DNA of 50,209 nt from Fonticula alba ATCC 38817 (taxonomy: Eukaryota > Protista > Nucleariida), in assembly GCA_000388065.2 (NCBI GenBank), contig KB932202.1; one strand, 5' to 3'. The notes beneath the pieces were generated by a model. It was given only the letters and a program-made list of their open reading frames with translations. It was not told the DNA's origin and searched no databases. The position numbers were made by a program, and so were the translations under genes. Below, in pieces: positions 23,210 through 35,460 of the stretch (positions are counted from its first letter, which is position 1; every line of letters starts with the position of its first letter).

Positions 23210-24102
23210 ATGACCAAGGCTGTCGCTGTCCTCAACGGTCTCAACGGCCTCAAGCTCGTTGCCACCTTCTCCCAGCAGTCCCCTGACTCGCCCACCGTCA
23301 TCGATGTACGCTCCTCTTCCTTCTGCCCAGATCTCTCTCTCTCTCTCTCTTCACATGTGCATCGGCATCTCCCCGTTCTCACCCTCATCCTCTCTGATGG
23401 CCGACTTGCTTTGCAGATCGAGGGCTCTGGCATCAAGCCCGGCCTTCATGGCTTCCACGTTCACGAGTTCGGTGACACCACCAACGGTACGATGGCCAAG
23501 CCCCAGCCCGCTCCCTCGCCCCGTCTTTCCTTCTTCCCCTCCTCCTGTCTGCGCCTGCGCGGTCAAGGCACCGTGCTGACTGCTCCATCCTCGGGTTATG
23601 GCCCTCGCTCCCGCGCTCTGCCCATGTGCCGGCACTTTAGGCTGTGTCTCTGCTGGCCCCCACTTCAACCCCCACGGCCACACCCACGGTGCCCCGTCCG
23701 CCGCCATCCGGTACATATCCCACTCCCCTTTCCCCCCCCCCCCCTCCCTTCTGCTGCGCACCCCACCCCACGCCCAATCCGTTCCTTACCCATCCCCCTC
23801 GGGTGACTCCGCCGCTGCCGTTGCCACCGTGTACCTCCCTCTGACCCTGCTTGTGACTCTGCTCTGCTGTGTACAGCCACGTCGGTGACCTCGGCAACCT
23901 GTCCGTCGACGAGACCGGCTCCGTCAAGGTCACCATCACCGACCACCTTGTTTCCCTCTCCGGCGTCAACAACGTCGTCGGCCGCGCCCTGGTTCTCCAC
24001 GCCGACGTGGACGATCTTGGCCTCGGTGGCCATGAGCTGTCGGCCACCACCGGCAACGCCGGCGACCGCATCGCCTGCGGTGTCATCGGCATCACCAAGT
24101 AA
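23210..24102 (+). CDS. SOD1: Cu/Zn superoxide dismutase, 153 aa
   Basis: Exons 23210-23305, 23417-23486, 23641-23710 and 23877-24102. [41 protein letters not shown] and [13 protein letters not shown] supply all Cu/Zn ligands and the disulfide Cys pair. Confidence 0.98.
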
Positions 24103-24523
24103 GGGTTTTCACTCGGAGAAGCAGACCATTCCGCGCCCGCCGCAGATGACTATCTCCCTTCCTGGCCCTGCTGCAGGAGGACCCCCCCCCCCCTCCAATT
24201 GACGCGTGCTTCCCAAGCATGCGCCACGCTCACACTCCCATGGCCACAATTCCTCTGCCATCGGTTTTGATGCTTTTTTTGTGGAATATACTGCAGAATG
24301 CTCCCCTGTTTCTCTCTCTCTCTCTCCCCCTTCCCCGCCCTCTCGCCGGCTGCTATATTTAGCCCCTCTCTTCTGCCCTCGTGTGATTACTGGCCCGCCT
24401 ATCAAGGGGTGGCCATTTTACTATTTTACACAGCGCCAAAGAGAAGTCTTCTCTTCCGGGGGAGGGAAGAAAGACCCATGTCGTGGCGCGATTCGTTTCA
24501 AAGAGAACACATATCACACTTGT

Positions 24524-24558
<35 letters not shown>

Positions 24559-24595
24559 CAGGCACACTCGACAGAGAGGGACAGAGAGGGGACTC

Positions 24596-26829
24596 CTACT
24601 GCTTGTCGGCCGCCGGGTTCGAGCGTGCCCGGTACAGGATCAGAGATTCCTCACCGGCGCCAACAAGTGAGACCCCGGCACCCGCTGGCACAAAGAAGGC
24701 CGAGCCGGGCGCGCACTCGAGGCCTGGCGGAAAGGGGTGGCGGGCAAAATGTCAGCAGTCGAAAGCACAGTCGACGACCAAGGGAGATGGTTGGCGCGCG
24801 AAGGAGGGGGGGGGGGGCAGACGTACCGGCCACACGGCCGCGCCCGGCCGCGCAAAGGAGAATGCTTGGCACGTCGACTGGGGCCGCATCGCAGGAGCCA
24901 GTCGTCATGCACAGCCGATCCACCTCGAATTCCGGCGCGGGAGAAGGATACCGCAGGGTTTCGAGCCCGGGCCGTCCGGTATCGCTTGGCTGCGGGATCG
25001 GCTGCACCATGAATCGGCTGCCCGGGGCGGGTGTCGAGTCAAGAATCGACAGGAGGGTCCCGACATCACGGAACTTCGGGGTGAGCCCAGCTCGCACGAC
25101 GTTATCCGAGGCCGACATGCATTCGATGCAATCTGCATATGCGCCCCAAGCAAGTGATGGATCCGCAGGCCAGGGCAGAGGCAAAGCAGGGGGCAGGGAT
25201 ACACACATGCCACGAGGAAGGACCAAATACAAGGCCAGGAGGGTCAAAGGGGGTGGAGAAAAGTCCAATGGCATTCGACACCCCCCAGATGCACACCGGG
25301 ATGCGAGAGAGAGAGAGAGAGAGATAAGCAGGGATAATTAGACATGGCGGATACACGGCATGAGGCTTGGAGCATGAAAGGCCCACCGAATTCGGTGGTG
25401 TGCGCACCGCCAGACACATATGCATGTGGCAGGCCGGCTTCCAGGAAGATGGCCTCGCCCGGCTGAAGGAAAACCTCATTCAGCAGGTAGGCACAGAAAA
25501 TTCCCCGATCCCCCGGGTACTGTTGCGACAGACGCAAAGCCAGGTTGTTGGCCCGTGCCAGGACCGGCAGCGAGGGGTCCATACGGTCAGCGGAAATGGA
25601 CGAATCAGCCTGCAGCCGAGCCAGCAGGGTGGCAGCCTGCACGGCCACCACACCCTCCGGCGCGCGCATCAGGCAATCAAACACCCGGAAGGCTGCCGTC
25701 CGGAGAGCCATGTCGCCAGGTGCAGCCCCTCCAACCGAGGATGCCTCGGCCAACAAAGCAGCCACATGCTTCAAGGGGGACACCCCCGCTTCGAAGGCGT
25801 CATCCTGCCGAGGGGGCAGGATCGACGTCGGCCGGTCCAGGACAGCCGATCCGCCAGCATGCTCCAGGTCCAAGATGGTGGTCAGCTCTGGCGTGGCCAG
25901 GGCCAACTCGAAGATCTCCGACAGCGGACGGATGCCCACCATGGCGCTGATGCCCGAGGGAAGTTAGCCGAATGTCCTGCAACTTGGAGATCATGCTTGC
26001 CAGAGAGAAAACACACCGGAAGGGCTCCGGCCCCAGGGCAATTGCCATCTCCGGCTTGTGGTTGTCATCACGATAGACAGCCGGGAACTCGCGGTGGAGT
26101 AGCCGGGCCGCTGTGCGATCTGGGTGCACCTGGATCGACAAGGCCGTGCGCACGGACAGAACCTTGAGCAGGAAGGGCAGTTCGGCCCCCGGAGTCGGGG
26201 CTGCCGCTCCGACCCCGAGAACCCCCGGCTGGGCGCCGATGAATGCCCCCAGCGTCACGGCCCGGGCGTCACCCAGGCTGCTTGCGGGCCGGGGGTCATC
26301 CGCAGCTGCCTCGGGGCTCGTCAGGACCGAGGCCGGGCCACTGGGATGCGTTCCCAGCCAGAGCTCCGCAAAGGGAGTCCGACTGTGGTCGTCGGTCGGG
26401 GCGTACTGGTGTGCGTCGCGAGCGAATTTGTAAAGCTACCATGGAAGTAGGCGGACAGGTCGAACGGAGAGGCAGCACAAGAGGCAGGGACAAAGGCAGT
26501 GCGAGGAAGACAGAGGTAGAAGGTGAGAACCGGAGCAAAATGCGAGAGGCCCGAGGAAGGGGAGGCCCATTTCGCGTGCTGGTGCGAGGATCATGGGGGG
26601 TGTGGGGGGGGGGAGACCGGCATGGCCAACAGGCAGGGCGCACCAAGCTTTCCGAACCGGTAGTGCCCCACTCGTAGTGTTGGATGGCCCCACGTAGAGG
26701 GAAGACAGCAGCACAGCCGGCTCCAGTGGTCGGGGTCCCACCTGAGCGGGCTACCTTCAGCGGGTGGGCAGCTGAGAGATCGGCGTCCGGCTCCGCTGGC
26801 CGGGGACGAATGCGCTCGGCGGAGGTCAT
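24596..26829 (-). CDS. MPI: Mannose-6-phosphate isomerase, type I, about 525 aa
   Basis: Exons 26644-26829, 26017-26435, 25408-25946, 24827-25132 and 24596-24723 keep frame. Motifs IQHYEWG, AELWLGTHP, LPFLLKVLS, LSIQVHP, NHKPEMAIAL, GLPHAYVSGDCIECM, SDNVVRAGLTPK. Confidence 0.96.
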
Positions 26830-27623
26830 TGACACTGAAGGGTCGGAGAGAGGCGAGATGGGAGCCCGGAGTCAAGAAGGAGAAGGAAGGGGAAGAGGGT
26901 CGGGATGAGAGGGGAGTAAGAGAGAGAGGGAGAGGAGGGGGATTGCTCGGATTCGCTGTTGGCCTCAATCCCGCCGGCTTCTCTTGAAAGGAAATGCTCC
27001 GCAGGTCAGGGCCCCAGCCCCGGTGGGCTGGGCGGCTGGTCAGATCGCACGGACAGACAGAGGTGACATGCGAACGGGCAGGCGAGGATCAACCTCAGTG
27101 TATTTCCAGGTGCTTGCGGGGAATTAACGCACATGCCCATCTCCTCACATCACTGGAGGTCCAGCCGAGATTCCCCGAGATGTCGTGCTGCTTGGCATTC
27201 CTTCTCTTCGGCAAAAGCCGGTGAGGAAGGGGGGAAGGCACACATGGGAGATCGTCCTTTCGGGCAAGAGACGGACGAAGCACAGTTCCGAGATCGCATC
27301 TTTTGGATATCCCCCTCCGCCACCCCTCCCCGTTTAAAAGCGTGGAATGGGGGCGACAATATCCACCGGAGATCAGGCAGCGCTCGTCCTCTAGCCAGTC
27401 ACAGCGGCGCTACTATGGGTGGCAGGCGGGGGGAGATTAATCGCTACCAACTGACAGTTCTGCCAACCTCAATCACGTCCCCATACTAAATCACACCCCA
27501 TCGAATCTGTTCTGGATTTCGCCTGGGCGTCTGCTGTTGGAGCACGGCCCGGGATGGGGCTTTCCCCTCCCTCGCTGCGGGGGAAGGGAGAGGGGGAGAG
27601 GCGACGGGTGGAGTGCAGGGGCG

Positions 27624-28238
27624 NNNNNNNNNNNNNNNNNNNNNNNNNNNNNNNNNNNNNNNNNNNNNNNNNNNNNNNNNNNNNNNNNNNNNNNNNNNNN
27701 NNNNNNNNNNNNNNNNNNNNNNNNNNNNNNNNNNNNNNNNNNNNNNNNNNNNNNNNNNNNNNNNNNNNNNNNNNNNNNNNNNNNNNNNNNNNNNNNNNNN
27801 NNNNNNNNNNNNNNNNNNNNNNNNNNNNNNNNNNNNNNNNNNNNNNNNNNNNNNNNNNNNNNNNNNNNNNNNNNNNNNNNNNNNNNNNNNNNNNNNNNNN
27901 NNNNNNNNNNNNNNNNNNNNNNNNNNNNNNNNNNNNNNNNNNNNNNNNNNNNNNNNNNNNNNNNNNNNNNNNNNNNNNNNNNNNNNNNNNNNNNNNNNNN
28001 NNNNNNNNNNNNNNNNNNNNNNNNNNNNNNNNNNNNNNNNNNNNNNNNNNNNNNNNNNNNNNNNNNNNNNNNNNNNNNNNNNNNNNNNNNNNNNNNNNNN
28101 NNNNNNNNNNNNNNNNNNNNNNNNNNNNNNNNNNNNNNNNNNNNNNNNNNNNNNNNNNNNNNNNNNNNNNNNNNNNNNNNNNNNNNNNNNNNNNNNNNNN
28201 NNNNNNNNNNNNNNNNNNNNNNNNNNNNNNNNNNNNNN
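27624..28238. other. Assembly gap (N run). Other gaps: 3784-3906, 14838-15202, 17792-17884, 18494-18593, 40775-40784, 47897-47928
   Basis: Runs of N, mostly flanked by homopolymers or microsatellites. Confidence 1.
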
Positions 28239-28279
28239 GGGGGAATGCACGCTGAAGCAACAGGAATCGGCCGACGCAC

Positions 28280-29039
28280 GATGATGGCATTGCTGCCGGC
28301 GGTCGGACGGTAGGAGAAGTCGGCCGGCTTGTCCACACGAGTGCCCTTGATCAGCGGGCGGATGGTGTAGGTGATGGTGCCCTTCTCGCCACTGCTCGAG
28401 GGGGGGGGGGAGGAAAATAGGAGGGTAGGGGGCCAGTGCGGCATGATGGGGGAAGAGGAAGAGGTGAGATTCACTGAGGAGTATTTGCGGGGCGGCCGGG
28501 AAGAGGAGGGGAGGGAGGGGGCCAGGAGAGGCGAGGGAGGGGGGGGGGGGGGAACAGCCCGCATGTCTGACCGGGGGAGGGGGGCAGCATAGACCAAACA
28601 CGCACGCCGGGATCTCCTTGATGACGGAGGTGTGGCTGCCGGAGACGAGCTTGAACTCCTCCTTCGGCTCGTCCTCGGTCTCGGGCTCCGGGAGGAAGCT
28701 GTAATCCGACAGACGAACATCAAAGGCCGGGGCATCACCGGCATTGTAGAAATCATACTGGACGGTCATCGGACGGTTGACCACGAAGAGGCCAGTCTCC
28801 TCGGCATCGAAGGACTTGATGGTCTTGGCGGCAATGAGGAAGGGCTTGAGGGCCGGGGCATCGGACTCGAAGGTGATCTCCTCAGCGGCCAGAGCACCGG
28901 CCGAGAAGAGGGCAATCAGAAGGAGAAAGGGGAGGGCAAGCTGCGACAGGACCGGGACGATGTGAGTCAGATGCCAAGGAGCGCGGTGCATGGGGAAGGG
29001 GCAGGGCACGGGGCAAGGACATACGGTGCGCTTGATCAT
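28280..29039 (-). CDS. SSR2: Translocon-associated protein beta (TRAP-beta/SSR2); 3' end (transmembrane helix) presumably in gap 27624-28238
   Basis: Exons 29025-29039, 28606-28940 and 28280-28391. Signal peptide MIKRTLALPFLLLIALFSAGALA. Lumenal motifs FLIAAKTI, MTVQYDFYNAGDAPAFDVRLSDYSF, FKLVSG, TITYTIRPLIKG and ADFSY are typical of TRAP-beta. Confidence 0.8.
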
Positions 29040-29860
29040 TTTTGACAGGGAGCCTCTGGGAGATGCGAGAGACAGGGGAGGGGAGGGGAGGGGAGGGGGG
29101 GGGGGAGGAAGAGTGAGAGGTACAGGCGCTGGTGGTTAGAGGAGGGCGGGACTCACGGCGAGGCGAGGAGGGATGAGGAGGGGAGGGAAGGCAAGCCGAG
29201 GGAAAGGCCGGGAGCGGAGGGGGAGTATGTACATGGAGGGCAGGCAGGGTGTCAGGAAGAGGGGAGGAGAGAGGACGGGGACCGTTGTCTTCGGCGCCTT
29301 CGGTCGGCCAGGGTGGGCTCCGTCTTCACTTTTTCAGGGCTCAAGTGGAGAGACGGGATTTTCATGTGCCCCCATTCCGTGCTCGTTGTTGAACCGGGAC
29401 TCGCAAGCTAGTGCCACAAGGCGAAGGACGTCGTAAAACAACACCACCCCGCCCCACAGCCCCTCCCCCCCCCCCCACACACACACACCCGCGCGCCCGC
29501 GCGCCCGCACCCTTCTCCTCGCCGAGAACACCAGAAGGGCGCGGGAAGCACGACGTCGGGTGCGACGCCAAGTACACCACCCTACACCCACTCGTGGAGG
29601 GGGGCGCTGCGAGGACAAAAAACCGCGGGCAGAGATACATGCGCTTGAGGCCTTTTCATCCTGCCCCCTCCCCCCGGCGACAGAACACTCTCATATGAAG
29701 GTGGCCCGACGCCGTGCTCGCGGCCCATCCATTGGGGGGCCAACGGTCGGCGCCGCAAATGCCACCGCATGAGGCGCCCTTGACCGAGGACGCCCCATCC
29801 ATTCGAATAACATTTCACGTGCGTCGGCACTCCATCTAACACATCGCGCTTGCTCCGAGT

Positions 29861-30002
29861 TCGCACACACTCACGCACACACCCACGCACACACTTACGC
29901 ACACACTTACGCACACACTTACGCACACACTTACGCACACACACACGCACACACACGCACACGCACACACACGCACACGCACACACACACACACACACAC
30001 GC
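29861..30002 (+). repeat. 12-bp tandem repeat ACGCACACACTT (4 perfect copies, 29885-29932) within a CA/CACG-rich microsatellite
   Basis: Directly visible; between the BOP1 stop and the TRAP-beta start. Confidence 0.9.
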
Positions 30003-30626
30003 ATGCCTCCCCCTCGCTGGATTGCTCTGCCGTGCCGCGCCCCTCACCACCGTGTGCTTGGGACAGCCCGCCCATCCTCTGCAGGCCCACCTCGGGTTGA
30101 GGCACATACGGACACGAGCACGAACACGAACAAACTCGAATGCAGACAGCTTGCTGTGTATTACACATCTGTTCAGAATGAATCTATCGGGGACACCTGC
30201 ACCCACACACGCGCGCACGAGAAGCAAGAGGAAAGGAGCGGAGAAAGGGACCAAAATAAATGGCCAGACGAGAGAGCGGTGGACGAGAAGGGACGGTCAC
30301 CATCCAGGTGGGTGCATATGATGGGCTTCTTCTCAAGCCGCCACACCTCCCCCTCGGGGCCGTCCTCTCTTCGCTCTTCTTCCCAATCCCGGTGCTTCGG
30401 AGGAGGAATGGTGCCAAGGGGAGGAGAGTATTGTTCCTGCGTCTGCGCGTTTTTGCCCCCTCCCGCCTTTGGTGGTCCTTTGCTCCTCGTACCATCTTCA
30501 ACCCGTGGATGAGAGGATGGCGGCGAAGGAGAGCAAGTACGGCACACGCGAAGAGGGAGAGGTGGCGCGACGAAGGGAGGCAGGGGAAAAGGATCCCCCC
30601 TCTTGAGGGGACCGGCTGCCAGCGTC

Positions 30627-32220
30627 TCAGACGAACAGACGCACCGTGCCGTCGGCACCGGCGGTGAAGAGCCACGGCCTGGACGGATGGAAAGCACAGT
30701 CCATGATGCCAAAGCCATCGACAATCCGATGGCCAGTGAGGATCTTCAGGGGGACAATCAAGGCATTCTGCAGGAGGTCGCTGAAGACACGACCATGGAA
30801 GACCTGGGCAGTGCCATCATCCGAGCAGGAGGCAAACAGCGGGTAGCTGTTGTGGTAGGCCACCGCGCGCACGGCATACTTGTGGTACAGGAGTGTCCGG
30901 TAGGGCCGGTCGGACGACAGCTCCAGATCGTACCAGCCAACCCGCCGGTCGAAGGTCCCGACCAGGACGTGCTCGCCGCCGGCCGGGTGCAGGGCCACCG
31001 AGGAGATGTGATTTGAGGAGGACCGCAGGCGCTTGACGAGCTGCTGCTTCTGCAGGTTGTAGATGCGCACAGTCTTCTGGGTGGCCACCACGAGGTGCGG
31101 CTTGGCCGGGTCGAAGAGAACACGCTCGATGTGGCCGAGGTTCCGGCTGAACGGATGCTGCGACATGTGCCGGGAGAGCTGGTGGATGGCGATGGCACGG
31201 GAAAGACCTGCAGGTGACCGAGGAAGGGGGGGGGGAGAGAGAGGAGGCACGCGGAGAGGTGAGCAACACGCTGGGCAATGACAGGGGGGAGAGAGAGAGG
31301 GAAGGGGGGGGGGGAGCACGGGCGAACAAAGAAAGCAGGTGGACTGGCGGACACCATCACCACCACCAGGAACACGGGTCAGGACAGGGGAGGGGATCAG
31401 CCAAAAACGCACCGTCAGCACACACGGTGGCAAGGTAGTCACCACGGCGGTGCCACGCCAGGCGCGTGACCACAAAGCGATGCTCCAGCTTCAGGACAAT
31501 GGACTTGGCCGCCTCCTCCTCCGAGGGGAGAACCCAGTCGATGTGCACCGGGCGGGCGTTTGGCGGCGCCGAGAAAGAGCCCTTCTTCTCGATGGACGAC
31601 CGGATGAGGGAGCGAGTCATCTCCGTGGCCTCGAGCGTGCCGACGGCGGGCGGCGCCACGAAGAAGACCGTCGAGTCGGCGGCCGCCGTGAAGAGGAAAG
31701 TACCGGGCATGGGGTTCCAGGCCACCGCGTTCACGCGCTGGCCCAGATCCAGGCTAAAGGCACACCGACCGGTGGAAACCTCAAACACCCGGACAGTGCC
31801 GTCATCCGAGCCGGACAGGAGCCACTCGCCAGTCGGGCAGACGGAGATCGAGCGAACCTTGCCGGTGTGGCCCTCATACCGGATGGACTCGGTGGTCGGG
31901 TAGGGACGAAGCTCGCGCGGCCGGGGCAGCCGCGGAATCAGCGACTCCGGGTCGATCTGCAGGCGGTTCTTCCGCACACGCGGGCAGAGGTACAGATCCA
32001 GGCAGCGCTCAAACATGTCCTGGATGAGCTGCGGGTTGGCCGGGACCTGGCGAAGGCTGTCATACCTGTTGTTGGATTGAAAAGGGGGAGGGCGGTACAT
32101 GGAGGAGGGAGGGAGGGGGAGAGAGAGAGAGAGAGATGCGCCAGATGAAGAGAAGGTAAGTCCCAGGACAGAGAGGAAGAAATGGAAAAAAGAGGGCATG
32201 ATGCCGGGGGGAAAGAAAGG

Positions 32221-32251
<31 letters not shown>

Positions 32252-34096
32252 CGGGCGAGCGAGCAGGAGAGGGAGAAGGAAGAGACGCACTTGCGCGGGA
32301 TGAACTTGGCCTTGCGGTCCTCAGGGTGAGCTTCCTCCCACTCGCGGATCTCCTCCTCAGTCCAAAGGTACTCCTCAGGAGGGTTGTAAGAAGCATTGTG
32401 CCCTGGGAGGCGCATCTTGGGCGCCGGGATGTAGTTCGACGAGGCCGAGCTGTTGGGGGCCTCCTCGGAGGACTCCTTGGCCCAAATGTTGTAGTACTTG
32501 GGCCGAGAGTCCTTCTTGGCCGCGCGAGGGGTCAGCCAGCCCATGCGCACCGCGCGCACAAGCTTCATAACCTGTGGGAGGCGCGCGGTGGTGGGGCGTG
32601 ATGACGGCGGCGGCGGCGGAAGGCGAGCAAAATGAAGGGACATTCGGTAATTGAGTGAACAAAGCAAAGAAGAGGATGTCAAAAAGTTAGTCACCACCAG
32701 GAGCAGGGCGGCGTCGCCCGCTGTCGAGCATCAGCACGCCGGGAGAAGCGAAAAAAAAAAAGCACAGAGAGACCACGGCAAAGGAGGAGTACACGGACCT
32801 TTTGACCCTCCCACTTACTGGGAATGAAACGACGCTTGGGCTCGGTCGGCTGCGGCAGCGGATGAGCCATCGGCTTGCCCGAGTAGTACTCAATCATCTC
32901 CGGGTACATGTTGGCCGACTCCTGCTCGGCATAGCGGCCGCTGATGATCCGGTCGATGAGCTGGAGCTCCTCATCCGAGAGCTTGAGCGACGCGCCGTAC
33001 TTGTCCTTGACCGTGCGCCAGTAGTCATCGTTCTCGGCGTCGGTGCCCATCTTGGCCAGGAAGCGATCCAGCTCGTCCAGAGACTCGAGCGGCTTCATGA
33101 TACGCTTGCCATCCAAGTCGTAGCCGATGTGCGGATGGTCGGCATACCACTCGCTCGGGATGCCCCGACCCACGGGATTGGTGGTGTGCTCATCGTCCGA
33201 CAAGTCCGAGGGAGCCTCATCCGAAGAGTCGACATCCTGCTGGAAGGGGAAGGCTGGCACATGCTCCAGCGGCCCGGGGATATTCGGCCGATTACGCTCC
33301 AGCGCCTGCCGGATCTCCTCATCGGTCGAGTGCCCCGGCGCGGTGGCTGGATCCTCGTCTTCGGAAGGCAGGGTGTCCGGCATGTCCAAGTGCCGACCAC
33401 GCTGAACCACACGCAGGCCGCTCAGCGTCACCGCCGGCTCGATCTCCTCCTCGTCGCTGCTCTCCTCCTCGGACTCCTCGTCGTAGCTCTCGGAGCTATC
33501 CGACTCGCCATCCTCGGCGGCCAGCATGCGGTTGAGCTCGTCTTCGGAGGCATCGTTGCCAGAGTCGACATCTTCGCCCTCGGGGGCATCATCATCCTCA
33601 TCCTCCTGTGGATGGGGAGACGGGGAAAGGGGGGGGGGGAAGGAGAGAAAGTCGAGTAAGTCAAGGGTAGGAAGGGCAATATGGGCAACCGCGTGAGGGT
33701 TTGGGAGGGAGGGGGGGGGGGAAAGACATACAGAGGAGGTGACATCAGGATCGGAGTTGAAGTCGGCGAGATCATCGCTCTCGGCCTCGGAAGCAGTCTG
33801 CGCCGGGGCGAAAACAGACGGACGGAAAAGGTAAGTTGGGGCAAAAGACCACCGACAGGGGAGGGAGAGGGAGAGCTGCATTCACGCACGGAGCCCTGCT
33901 CCTCGCCAGAGCTCGAATCGTCCTCGCCAAGGACGGCGCTCTGATCAGCCATCAGGGCAGCCAGAGCGGTGTCATCCGCGCGATCGGCCTTGGTCTTGGT
34001 CTGGGAACGCGTGAGCGGCGCGTCATCCGAGCGGGTGGAGCGCTTGCGGCCAGCAAGGGCAGCCGCGGAGTTCGAAGCCCGGGGTGCGGCGGCCAT
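30627..34096 (-). CDS. BOP1: Ribosome biogenesis protein BOP1/ERB1 (acidic N-terminus, BOP1NT domain, WD40 repeats), 864 aa
   Basis: Exons 33890-34096, 33732-33797, 32799-33605, 32291-32571, 31413-32065 and 30627-31207 are frame-consistent. Motifs HIGYDLDGKRIMKP, KRRFIPSKWE, APKMRLPGHNASYNPPEEYL, FERCLDLYLCPR, YEGHTGKVRS, NALIVPLKILTGH, FHPSRPWLFTAGADGTVRLF. Confidence 0.97.
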
Positions 34097-35357
34097 GGTT
34101 GTCGCTCCGGGGTTGGGGGAGAGGCGTTTGGGGCGGGCGGGGGAAGGGCGAACTTTGCGGGGGGGGGGGAGAAGGGGGAGGGGCAGGCAGGGGAGGGAAG
34201 GAAAGAGAGGGAGATGGGAGAAGGAGGGGAGGAGGCGGAGAAGGAAAACCTCGAGGGCAGGATCTCAGATGGGGAGGCAAAGTCTTGCCAGGCTCAAGTA
34301 TGTGGGTGGAAAAAAATGGCACCTGGGTCCGGGGGGAGGGGGGGCGGGGGGGGGGTCGAGAGTGTTCCGGCCACGAGCAGGAGGTCCCTGGGCCCGGGGT
34401 GGGGGGGGGGGGGCCGGGCCCATCGCCACACGCGGGTTTTCGAGACGACAAATAAGATGGTGGGCTCATGCGTGGGTGGCCCGCGGTCGCGCGGCGTTGC
34501 GGTCCGCAGGCGGCCTGGACAGCGCGGGGACCGTTCCGGCCAGTGCGGGCATCCCCCCGAAAGTGGCGGGGACCGAGCCGGGCGCGAAACCCAGGGCAAA
34601 GGGGGGGGGGGGCGGGGGAGTGAGGAAACCGAGGGGTGGAATATTTCGGCGCACGGGCTGCGTGGGCTCGCTGCACGGTGGTCGGCGGGGGACGCACACG
34701 CATGGAGTCCTTCGTGATATACACGTGATATAGGGACACGTTAATGGACGCCCCTAATACAGTTAACCCTTGGCTCAGGCCCAGCGCGGAAGGCCGGAGC
34801 AGGGCCACCCGGAGGGCGACAGACTATTTGCATTGTATTCGGTGATCAGAATCAAGTACGTGAGCGGTCGATTTTCCCCGCGCCTCAAACGGACTTGCTC
34901 TGCCCCGGAGTCGGAGGTGCACCCAGATGGTCAGCCCCGAGTGACTTGTTAATCCTCGCGATTCTGCCCAAATTGACTAGCGCGCCCGGTGTGCTTTTAT
35001 TCTGCTGGTAGGCTCCCCCCCCCCCGCCGAGGCGCTTTTATTTTTGTGGCACCTCACACACATGGAGACCGGACCAGCTCTTGCCGAGTGTTGTCTCGCC
35101 CAAATGGGGCTCATCACACGCTTCGGAAGCTGGGGGCAAGCAAGGTCTGAATGACGAGAGTGTGCGAGGGCGGACTGGGGGCTGCTCCTCGCTCCCGGAC
35201 ACAAGGGGCCTGGATATGCGTTTTTCATAACCAAGATCTCCTCCTCCAGTCCCCCGGCGGAGGGGGGTATTTCTTTTGCTGCCTGCCGGCCCGAAAAGCC
35301 AAGGCGCGAGCAGCCCCCTCCCTCTCTATCTGCCCTCTCCCCTCGCCCCCCCCCCTC

Positions 35358-35389
<32 letters not shown>

Positions 35390-35460
35390 GCTGCCGTCAC
35401 CACTGGTTGCCCCCTCCCCTCCTCCGCTGCCCCTCCCTCTACCTGCCCCCTCCCAGCACC
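34097..35460. promoter_or_regulatory. Divergent intergenic region between BOP1 and GGTase-I beta
   Basis: Head-to-head orientation; locally AT-richer patch at ~34710-34790 containing CACGTG (34722-34727). Confidence 0.45.

Noticed and set aside
29861-29945. Regularly spaced 12-bp repeats as a possible CRISPR-like or telomeric array
   Set aside because: Head-to-tail units with no unique spacers, no cas genes, and an internal position within a CA microsatellite.
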